DNA of 32,000 nt from Candidatus Syntropharchaeum caldarium (GTDB lineage: Archaea > Halobacteriota > Syntropharchaeia > Syntropharchaeales > Syntropharchaeaceae). The translations under genes and the position numbers were made by a program. How positions within the stretch are numbered: the first letter of the stretch is position 1; each line of letters opens with the position of its first letter. Below the pieces are notes generated by a model. It had not been told where the DNA came from, did no database searches, and worked only from the letters and a program-made list of their open reading frames with translations. The DNA is taken from positions 420,001 through 452,000 of the forward strand of contig LYOS01000001.1 of assembly GCA_001766815.1 (NCBI GenBank). The letters run 5' to 3'. This document shows positions 1 to 6,231 of this stretch, in pieces.

Positions 1-474
1 ATAGGAAAATTATTTATTTTACAGCTTGTTCAGGGAGATGTGTTTAAGGAACTTGGCGTTAAATTAGAACCACCACCTGACCTAAACACAAAAGAACTTA
101 ATAAGTTCCTTCGGAACCATCTTGATAAAGCTTTAGAGGCAGCAGCGTCCTCTCTTTACATCAACGCTGGTGCTGACCGGCGACATGGCGTACATCCTAT
201 AAGTGGGATACATTGTACATCGGGGGTGGTTTTGCTAACTCGTTCCGGTCGCTGGATGAGTATTCGAAATAGCTGTCTGTATACCGAAGTTGACTTTGCC
301 ACAAACTCAACCTCTTCTCCAAATGATTTTATAACTCGTGAACATGCATACTATTTCATTTGCATGGGATTTGAGGTGTTAGCTGAACAGGCAGAGGCAG
401 GTTTTGGTTCCGGTCTCGAGGGGCGTGATGTAAGTAAAAGCATTCAGTTCTGGCAAGATCGCCTTAAAGATTGA
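1..474 (+). CDS. Hypothetical protein, probably the 3' part of a gene starting left of the window
   Basis: Frame 1 is open from base 1 (IGKLFILQLVQGD precedes the GTG at 40), with a stop at 472-474. No motif recognised. Confidence 0.4.
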   Translation: MGKLFILQLVQGDVFKELGVKLEPPPDLNTKELNKFLRNHLDKALEAAASSLYINAGADRRHGVHPISGIHCTSGVVLLTRSGRWMSIRNSCLYTEVDFATNSTSSPNDFITREHAYYFICMGFEVLAEQAEAGFGSGLEGRDVSKSIQFWQDRLKD

Positions 475-482
475 AAAGATTT

Positions 483-626
483 ATGGAACAATGGTCAAGT
501 ACTGTCGATCTTGATCAACTGGACTTCCTTGCCAATCCTGAGCCGTTGCGAGAGGAAGCGGAGAAGCGTGAGAGTAAGAATGTTGAGAAAAAGGAGAAAA
601 TGTTTGTACGGCGCAACCTCACATAA
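483..626 (+). CDS. Possible 47-aa charged small protein (MEQWSSTVDLDQLDFLANPEPLREEAEKRESKNVEKKEKMFVRRNLT)
   Basis: ATG ORF starting 9 nt after the previous stop. Its TAA (624-626) lies inside the ATAAC of the attC-like element. It is below the ORF-track cutoff and no homology was recognised. Confidence 0.2.
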   Translation: MEQWSSTVDLDQLDFLANPEPLREEAEKRESKNVEKKEKMFVRRNLT

Positions 627-699
627 CACAGGCTATACGGCTCGTTTCACTCGCCCAAATCGGCTATCGCCGACTTCGTATATCCTGAAGCCGTTATCG
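621..699 (+). repeat. attC-like imperfect palindrome 1
   Basis: ATAAC 623-627 pairs with GTTAT 693-697. Inner arms are CAGG 629-632 / CCTG 684-687 and TATACG 634-639 / CGTATA 677-682, with unpaired bases between them. The ends align with the elements at 2936 and 5117. Confidence 0.45.
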
Positions 700-746
700 G
701 AAATTGCTTAAAGCTAAACATACAAAATAAATAGCGAGGTTAAAAT

Positions 747-941
747 ATGGAAGTGAAGGAATTAATTTTAAAGGAAATCGAAAAGATTCCTGAACAGTAT
801 CTCACAGAGATATTGGATTTTATACGCTTTTTAGAGACAAAAGCGCTGGAAGAAAGGATGGGGACTGCAATCATAAGCGAAACATCCCTTAAGAAAGATT
901 GGCTAAAACCTGAGGAGGATGAAGCTTGGCAAGATTTGTAA
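747..941 (+). CDS. Type II antitoxin (DUF2281-like, MazE-position partner of the downstream toxin)
   Basis: 64 aa with the pattern EILDFIRFLETK and an acidic tail. GAGGT lies upstream of the ATG. The gene overlaps the toxin gene by 16 nt. Confidence 0.7.
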   Translation: MEVKELILKEIEKIPEQYLTEILDFIRFLETKALEERMGTAIISETSLKKDWLKPEEDEAWQDL

Positions 942-1258
942 AGGGGGATGTGGTGGTTGTACCCTTTCCATTTTCGGATTTAACCCATGCCAAGAGACGA
1001 CCTGCTTTAGTTGTGGCTGAATTAGAAGGAGACGACCTGATTCTATGCCAGATAACCAGTCAGCGGATTAAAGATAAATACGCAGTTCCAATTGAGGACA
1101 ATGACTTTGAAACAGGGGCACTCAAGCAGAGAAGTAATGTGCGACCAAATCGTATATTTACAGCGGACCGTCACATAATCTTATACCGTATTGGTCATCT
1201 CAAACCTGATAAGGCTAACGAGGTGATCGAGAGAATAGTAGATATTTTACGACAATGA
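926..1258 (+). CDS. mazF: PemK/MazF-family type II toxin (endoribonuclease)
   Basis: The N-terminus KGDVVVVPFPFSDLTHAKRRPALVV, followed by LCQITSQ and SNVRPNRIFTAD, matches the MazF/PemK family pattern. TTG start at 926 overlaps the antitoxin stop. Confidence 0.8.
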   Translation: MARFVKGDVVVVPFPFSDLTHAKRRPALVVAELEGDDLILCQITSQRIKDKYAVPIEDNDFETGALKQRSNVRPNRIFTADRHIILYRIGHLKPDKANEVIERIVDILRQ

Positions 1259-1271
1259 ATTACGCAACTTT

Positions 1272-1385
1272 CGATAACAGAGCGTATCTGGCTACAGTGC
1301 TTCGCACTTGCCTTTCGGGTCATATAAACAAGCGGGTACGCGGTTCGCTTCGCAACCCCTTCGCATACCCCGTCAGCCGAAATTT
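1272..1385 (+). repeat. Degenerate attC-like element (left end conserved, GTTAT core missing)
   Basis: The left end GATAACAGAGCGTATC (1273-1288) aligns with TAACAGAGCATATACG of element 5117. The right part CTTCGCATACCCCGTCAGCCG-AAATT (1359-1384) aligns with CTTCGTATATCCTGAAGCCGTTATCGGAAATT of element 1 but lacks TTATCGG. Internal small hairpins are present, e.g. AGTGC-TTC-GCACT. Confidence 0.3.
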
Positions 1386-1426
1386 TTTATAGTCTTATTT
1401 AAATACTCTCATGGAGGTGTTCGCCT

Positions 1427-1624
1427 GTGGAAACAAAAATAAAGGATCTAACTATCGAAGAATTACGATCATTGATATCAGACACTGTCCGAGAAGCTAT
1501 GAATGATTCAATCGAAGATATGCTGGCACTTTCAAGTGACGAATACCTAAAATCCATTGAAGAAGCGAGAAACGATTACAAAACAGGTAGAGTGAGATCT
1601 ATCGAGGAAATCTTCGATGTATAA
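1427..1624 (+). CDS. Type II antitoxin (RelB/Phd-position partner)
   Basis: 65-aa acidic helical protein with a GTG start preceded by GGAGGTG. It overlaps the downstream RelE-like gene by 8 nt. Confidence 0.65.
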   Translation: METKIKDLTIEELRSLISDTVREAMNDSIEDMLALSSDEYLKSIEEARNDYKTGRVRSIEEIFDV

Positions 1625-1991
1625 GGTGGTATTCACCCAGCGAGCATTGAAAGATCTTGAAAACATTGATAAAGAGGTTCGTAATAGAATTGCTACAAAA
1701 CTTAAAGAATGCACGAAAGAGCCTCTAATATACGCTCGAAAGTTATCAAACCCAAAGATAGGTACATATCGATTTAGAGTGGGTGATTACCGTGTAATAT
1801 TTGATATTGACAAAAAACATAGTGATTTTGCGAATTGGACACAGAAAGAGCATTTACAAATGATAAAACTCCGCTTCACAGGAAACTACTACACCCGTGA
1901 CCGTGTCGAGCGCCTGAAACGCGATCTTGAGAAGGTGGGGCTGGGCGGCAGGGTGGATATGTTCATGATGTCAGCGAGCTATGGGGCGTGA
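1617..1991 (+). pseudogene. relE: RelE/ParE-family toxin, frameshifted in an A6 run (an intact reading would be 1617..1863)
   Basis: The N-terminal 65 aa (MYKVVFTQRALKDLENIDKEVRNRI...YRFRVGDYRVIFDIDK) are a typical RelE/ParE sequence. After A6 (1812-1817) the +1 frame reads NIVILRIGHRKSIYK* (stop 1861-1863), the canonical C-terminus. The annotated frame instead reads through unrelated sequence to 1991. Confidence 0.7.
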
Positions 1992-2034
1992 ATTTGCAGA
2001 TACTGCAACGAGAAGTAGAGGGGAGGTTCCGGGG

Positions 2035-2048
2035 TTTTATTTTTTATT
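2035..2048 (+). terminator. Oligo-T tract (TTTTATTTTTTATT), candidate archaeal terminator
   Basis: T-rich run about 45 nt downstream of the 1991 stop. Archaeal RNA polymerase terminates at oligo-T tracts. Confidence 0.3.
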
Positions 2049-2135
2049 CTTGATTCGATATTCCTCTGGCAGAGAGTTCAAAAACGACAAGAATATGTAC
2101 AACATATACACATGTTAGTAATAAAGATAAAGGGG

Positions 2136-2302
2136 ATAACGAATCTATTGGATTAAATCGTAAATAATTTATATCTGAAATGTTAGAAGTGAGATTAAAG
2201 GAGGTGAGGATTAGTCGTCAGGAGGGACGTGTGCAAAATAGGCTTCGGGTATCATTTCGATTTAGGGGAATATAGCATTGATGTTAAATATGCCAAAGTT
2301 AT
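2136..2302 (+). repeat. Possible long attC-like element
   Basis: ATAAC 2136-2140 (ATAACGAATCTATTGG resembles ATAACAGAGCGTATCTGG of element 1272) and aaaGTTATgt 2298-2302. It contains the GGCTTCGGG motif seen in the other elements. Arm pairing is weak (TTGG/CCAA) and the length of 167 bp is above the usual range. Confidence 0.2.
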
Positions 2303-2348
2303 GTACAATGGTGATTGAAATATCACTAATTTTGGTTGAGACGAAATA

Positions 2349-2915
2349 ATGAGGCGAATTTTAACTCTTGAACAGCAGATTCGAAACTATGTCAACAATA
2401 CCAATCTCTATGAGAAGTATTTCACGAGCCATCTTGATGAATGGAACGCTCTTTGTGTCGCGATAGATACCTTAGGAGATACTTGTTTAGCTCTAGAATA
2501 TTATGAAGCTTCCGGAATTGGGGATGAAGATGGTGAAAAATATCTAAAATTGTATGGATTGTTCCAGGCTATTTTCTTGCAACAGGATTCAATTCGCCAA
2601 CTTTATCGGATCTTTTTAAGAAGTGATTTACAACCCGATTCCGAGTCAGCATGGAAGAGAATAAGAGAACTTCGCAACTTGACAGTTGGCCATCCTATAG
2701 AGAAGAAAGATAAGACTGGAAGAAAACGTTGCTATATCTCCAGAGTTACGATTCACAGTGATGGCTTTCAGCTTATAGTTTGGAATAAGGATAAAGAACA
2801 AGATGAGTTTGAGGATATTAATTTAAAGTCTTTATACGAGCAATATAAATTAGAGGCTGTCAAACATCTAAAAAGTATCCACCAAGCCCAGATTAAAAAA
2901 TGGAATGCGTTTTAG
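2349..2915 (+). CDS. Hypothetical protein with an R-x5-H (HEPN-type) motif
   Basis: 188-aa ORF on its own between two attC-like elements. ELRNLTVGHP covers aa 107-116 (nt 2667-2696), of which RNLTVGH is R109-H115 (nt 2673-2693) and fits the Rx4-6H motif with the frequent RN start. No other motif recognised. Confidence 0.55.
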   Translation: MRRILTLEQQIRNYVNNTNLYEKYFTSHLDEWNALCVAIDTLGDTCLALEYYEASGIGDEDGEKYLKLYGLFQAIFLQQDSIRQLYRIFLRSDLQPDSESAWKRIRELRNLTVGHPIEKKDKTGRKRCYISRVTIHSDGFQLIVWNKDKEQDEFEDINLKSLYEQYKLEAVKHLKSIHQAQIKKWNAF

Positions 2916-2935
2916 AAAACTATGAATGCCACTGC

Positions 2936-3013
2936 ACATAACACCACGGGCATCGCGATTCATTTCATTCGCCTTAATGCTTCGCATTTCGCAAGGCACA
3001 AAAACGTTATACG
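2936..3013 (+). repeat. attC-like imperfect palindrome 3
   Basis: ATAAC 2938-2942 and GTTAT 3006-3010. The arms GGGCATCGCGA and TCGCAAGGCAC are partially complementary. A central hairpin AATGC-TTC-GCATT lies at 2976-2988. The element starts 21 nt after the stop of the 2349..2915 ORF. Confidence 0.45.
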
Positions 3014-3076
3014 CAATTGGTGGTCCAGCAGATATGGTTAACAAAATTTTTAATAGCAATAAGAAGATTAAGTAGC

Positions 3077-4294
3077 ATGCTTGAAACGAACAAGAAGGCT
3101 GCCGCAAAGTTTGGGATAGACGTAGAGCTTATTGAAAAGAAGGTAGACACACAAAAGAATATTAGAATTTTGGGTAATGATTTGACCTTTATTGGTGTGA
3201 GAGAAAAGGATAGAACAAAGCACGTCCATCGTCTGCATCCATATCTTGGCAAATTTATCCCACAACTCGTAGAAGTATTTCTAAGAAAATATTTTAAAAA
3301 AGGAGATATAATACTTGATCCATTTTCAGGCTCAGGTACAACTTTAGTAGAGGCAAATGTTTTGGGAATGAACTCAATAGGTATAGAACTATCGCCCTTC
3401 AATATATTGATACAGAAGGTTAAGACGAAGAAATATGATATTCCAGAAGTGGAAATGGAGATTAAAGATGCGTTGAAAAGATTAAAAATCTTTAGTAAAC
3501 AGCTAACAGCAGGTGGGCAGACATTGTTTGGGAAGATAGAAAAGTTTGAAACCGATAGCGAATATCTAAAAGAATGGTTTTTCGATAGAGCACTGCAGGA
3601 AATTTTGTTTTACCAAAGTATAATAAATGATTACAAAAATCAGGATGTTCTAAAGATCATTCTCTCAAGGTCTGCCCGTTCAGCAAGACTTATACCTCAC
3701 TATGACTTAGCACGTCCAAAGAAACCAGTTAGGGAAACTTACTGGTGCATTAAACACAAGAGATATTGTGAACCTATTAATGAAGCTTTAAAATTCATAA
3801 GCCGCTACAGTTATGACACCATAAAACGACTGGAAGAATTTGACCGCATCCGAACTGATGCTTTTATCCGAATTTATCAAGGAGATGCACGGACGATTGA
3901 GTTGCCCGAGAACGGAGAAATAGATGGTATTTTTACATCTCCTCCTTATGTGGGAATTATCGATTATCACGAACAGCACAGGTATGCTTATGAATTATTT
4001 GATTTCCCAAGACTTGACGATTTAGAGATAGGTCCTGCCAGAAAAGGCCAGAATGGAAATGCCAAGAAAGAATACATGGAAGGAATAATAGAAGTCTTCA
4101 AAAATATGTCTAATTACCTCAAAGACGGTGCGTTGATTTTTATTGTGGCAAATGATAAATTTAATTTATATCCTGAAATTGGAAAACAGTGCAGCTTTGA
4201 GCTAATTGATGTTTTTAACAGGCCGGTTTTGATGAGAACTGAGAGAGATTCTAATAAGTATTTTGAGTCTATATTCTATTTCAAGAAGGTGTGA
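3077..4294 (+). CDS. DNA methyltransferase (N4-cytosine or N6-adenine), motif I before motif IV
   Basis: DPFSGSGTT (nt 3317-3343, AdoMet motif I) and TSPPY (nt 3935-3949, catalytic motif IV) are about 200 aa apart. The ATG at 3077 is preferred over the TTG at 3017, which abuts the attC-like core. Confidence 0.85.
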   Translation: MLETNKKAAAKFGIDVELIEKKVDTQKNIRILGNDLTFIGVREKDRTKHVHRLHPYLGKFIPQLVEVFLRKYFKKGDIILDPFSGSGTTLVEANVLGMNSIGIELSPFNILIQKVKTKKYDIPEVEMEIKDALKRLKIFSKQLTAGGQTLFGKIEKFETDSEYLKEWFFDRALQEILFYQSIINDYKNQDVLKIILSRSARSARLIPHYDLARPKKPVRETYWCIKHKRYCEPINEALKFISRYSYDTIKRLEEFDRIRTDAFIRIYQGDARTIELPENGEIDGIFTSPPYVGIIDYHEQHRYAYELFDFPRLDDLEIGPARKGQNGNAKKEYMEGIIEVFKNMSNYLKDGALIFIVANDKFNLYPEIGKQCSFELIDVFNRPVLMRTERDSNKYFESIFYFKKV

Positions 4295-5088
4295 ATATGG
4301 GTTTATCATCAAAAACAGCAAGCGAGATTGCTGAACTTCTTACTACTACAGTGAGAGAGAAATTGAGGAGGTATAAACCTGAAACGGTCAATATGCCTTT
4401 TCATCACAGGCTTCTTGGCAAAGACCGCTATGCAATGTTTTCTTTTATCCAATCAATGAATACTACTTTTGGAATTTCCATATGGGAACAGGTTGCTGTT
4501 ATTTTGGCTGAAGGTGCCGGCAATTATGCGGAGAGACAGTATAAATTGCTTGGGGAGATAGATGGTGAGACAGAAGAACTAATTCGGGAAATTCACTACA
4601 AACTGAGAAAGGGAGAAGCTACCGCAGACAAAATTTATGAAACAGAGCAGATTAGGAAAAAGATAAAAAGAGGAGAAGCAAAAACCGATCCAGATTCAGT
4701 GGTAGATTTGTTTGTAAGGATAAAGGACGAGGAAAACTACTTTGACATTACAAGTGCAAAGCCAAACATGAAGGAATTTGTGGCATTGAAGCTAAAACTT
4801 TTGAGATGGACGGCTTTAAGATTGAGCCAAGATAAGAACATCAAAGTTTTTACAAGACTTGCCATTCCCTATAATCCTTACCACCCAGAACCTTATGAGC
4901 GATGGACATTAAAGGGATTGTATGATCTGGAAAAAGGGGAAATTTTGGTTGGAGAAGAATTTTGGAATTTTGTTGCCTGTGATAACATCTATGACGAATT
5001 ATTGGATGTATTTCAGGAAGTCGGAGAAGAATTAAGAGATGAAATAGATGAAAAGTTTGCTGAGTTTAGAATAGGTGGAAAGGATTGA
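4291..5088 (+). CDS. Candidate type II restriction endonuclease (resembles the TdeIII family from memory; unverified)
   Basis: 265-aa ORF overlapping the methyltransferase stop by 4 nt (GTGA; alternative ATG at 4297). The N-terminal NMPFHHRLLGKDRYAMFSFIQSMNTTFGISIWEQVA and an acidic/lysine segment DLFV...FDITSAKPN are compatible with a PD-(D/E)xK-type nuclease. The assignment rests mainly on context. Confidence 0.5.
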   Translation: MNMGLSSKTASEIAELLTTTVREKLRRYKPETVNMPFHHRLLGKDRYAMFSFIQSMNTTFGISIWEQVAVILAEGAGNYAERQYKLLGEIDGETEELIREIHYKLRKGEATADKIYETEQIRKKIKRGEAKTDPDSVVDLFVRIKDEENYFDITSAKPNMKEFVALKLKLLRWTALRLSQDKNIKVFTRLAIPYNPYHPEPYERWTLKGLYDLEKGEILVGEEFWNFVACDNIYDELLDVFQEVGEELRDEIDEKFAEFRIGGKD

Positions 5089-5116
5089 TCATGGAAAGTT
5101 GGGCGACCAACGGCGT

Positions 5117-5210
5117 GTAACAGAGCATATACGCTTCGGGCCGACACCCTCCCCCCTTCGGGACATTGCTCCCTTCGGTCGCAACGTCGTATATGCTGGG
5201 AACGTTATAT
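5117..5210 (+). repeat. attC-like imperfect palindrome 4 (last of the array)
   Basis: TAAC 5118-5121 pairs with GTTA 5204-5207. A perfect 9-bp inner arm is formed by GCATATACG 5125-5133 and CGTATATGC 5188-5196. The centre contains three CTTCGG mini-hairpin motifs. The element starts 29 nt after the endonuclease stop. Confidence 0.5.
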
Positions 5211-5273
5211 GAACTCATGGAGGAAGAGCGTTTGGTGGATATCGACAACGGAAAAACAAATGGGGTGGAATAA

Positions 5274-5396
5274 ATGAATAAAAAAGAAGCGTTAGATTTA
5301 AAAATAGAGAAAGTAGTTAAAGCTTCATTTCAGTCAGAAAAATCTACTAAAGAGAACTTTGAAAACCCCACCTACGTCCATACCTCACCAAATTGA
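5274..5396 (+). CDS. Possible 40-aa small protein (MNKKEALDLKIEKVVKASFQSEKSTKENFENPTYVHTSPN)
   Basis: ATG ORF directly after an in-frame TAA that closes an 18-codon ORF (5217-5273, MEEERLVDIDNGKTNGVE). No homology recognised. Confidence 0.15.
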   Translation: MNKKEALDLKIEKVVKASFQSEKSTKENFENPTYVHTSPN

Positions 5397-5421
5397 TAAA
5401 CAAATCAAAAATCTTCCTGGA

Positions 5422-5569
5422 TGAGGCGTAAAGCACGCCTCATACACCCATGTCCAACCTTCGGTTGGACTTGAGCACCTCTTTGAGGTGCTCCTTTCGC
5501 AATGCCTTTATCAAAGGCATCTGCGGTAGGACTATCGCTCTTTGAGCGAGTTTTCCTGCCTTTGGCAGG
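5422..5569. other. Array of six consecutive, sequence-unrelated perfect stem-loops (structured RNA or DNA element of unknown function)
   Basis: Stems: 5422-5429/5435-5442 (8 bp), 5452-5459/5463-5470 (8 bp, a C-UUCG-G type loop on +), 5473-5481/5485-5493 (9 bp), 5502-5509/5513-5520 (8 bp), 5535-5540/5544-5549 (6 bp) and 5555-5560/5564-5569 (6 bp). Loops are 3-5 nt. Confidence 0.5.
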
Positions 5570-5667
5570 GCTGGTCCGGCTGAAAAGTCGGGGATTACCT
5601 GATATAATCTCAAACCATGTAGATCTAAAGAACAAAATTCTAAGATAAGATGGATAGCCTCAAACTC

Positions 5668-6231
5668 TTAATTGTTACTTTTTTCCAGAATCACTGCCTT
5701 GCTAAGAAACACTTTCGGCCTTTCAACAGGGATGAATCCAGCATCCTCTGCTTTTCTGATCGTTTCTTCAAACGCCCTCTTTGAGACATGAACTGGCGGT
5801 TCCACTATGAAAATTCGGCCGTTCGGTTTTAGTATCGATCCGATCTCATTAAAAAACTCTGCCTGATCTGGGACTTCGTGAACCATATAGAAAGCCAGCA
5901 CAAAATCAAGACGCTCTGAGAGGTTTATTCTGTTCTCATCGCATTTGTGCAATATGATACGTCTCTCAAACTCTGTCCCCTGAATCTTGTCTCTTACCTT
6001 TTGAAGCATCCCTTCCTGAAGATCAGAAGCAATAACTCGACCGGATTCACCAACCATCCGGGCCATTTCAATAGAGAAAAAGCCTGGACCACAGCCTATA
6101 TCCAGAACAATCATCCCTTCTTTGATATAGGGTCCCAGTATTTTCTGAGGATTTTGCAGCCACTTTCTAATTCTATTATCGAGACTGCTTGCTCGTTCAA
6201 CAGGACATACATGCTTGCTTTTATCACTCAT
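5668..6231 (-). CDS. Class I SAM-dependent methyltransferase
   Basis: Motif I is VLDIGCGPGFFS, followed by an acidic motif II (ASDLQ). The start at MSDKSK (ATG 6231-6229) overlaps the trm1 stop by 1 nt (TAATG), so this is preferred over the longer 6273 start. Confidence 0.85.
   Translation of the reverse strand: MSDKSKHVCPVERASSLDNRIRKWLQNPQKILGPYIKEGMIVLDIGCGPGFFSIEMARMVGESGRVIASDLQEGMLQKVRDKIQGTEFERRIILHKCDENRINLSERLDFVLAFYMVHEVPDQAEFFNEIGSILKPNGRIFIVEPPVHVSKRAFEETIRKAEDAGFIPVERPKVFLSKAVILEKSNN

Larger units (their letters stand above)
1..5210 (+). mobile_element. Putative integron-like gene-cassette array (cargo: TA, TA, HEPN-motif ORF, type II R-M); no integrase or attI inside the window
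   Basis: All ORFs are co-oriented. Gene units are followed by related imperfect palindromes of the form (A/G)TAAC...GTTAT at 621-699, 2936-3013 and 5117-5210, plus degenerate or long variants at 1272-1385 and 2136-2302. The cargo is typical of cassettes. Hand counts of a few 60-nt lines give about 22-45% GC here versus 45-52% in the core genes to the right. Confidence 0.35.

Noticed and set aside
511-711. 66-aa + strand ORF (MINWTSLPILSRCERKRRS...)
   Set aside because: It runs straight through the attC-like palindrome at 621-699 and overlaps a more plausible 47-codon ORF in another frame. It is an Arg/Ser-rich low-complexity sequence with no RBS context.
2868-3402. Minus-strand ORFs of 79, 131 and 65 aa antisense to the methyltransferase 5' region
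   Set aside because: They are antisense to a gene with clear catalytic motifs. They sit in AT-rich sequence with few stops and have hydrophobic, nonsense-like composition.
5066-5248. 60-aa minus-strand ORF
   Set aside because: It spans attC-like element 4 and the 3' end of the endonuclease gene, so it is an artefact of palindromic sequence.
5415-5610. Hairpin train considered as a CRISPR array, type III antitoxin RNA repeats, a group II intron domain, or SRP/RNase P RNA
   Set aside because: There is no repeated sequence between hairpins, which excludes CRISPR and ToxI-like repeats. No domain V-like consensus or long-range pairing is typical of the named RNAs. No cas, reverse transcriptase or TnpB-like gene is adjacent.
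5405-5635. 76-aa minus-strand ORF
   Set aside because: It lies entirely within the train of six hairpins, and palindromic DNA keeps frames open on both strands. No start context or motif is present.
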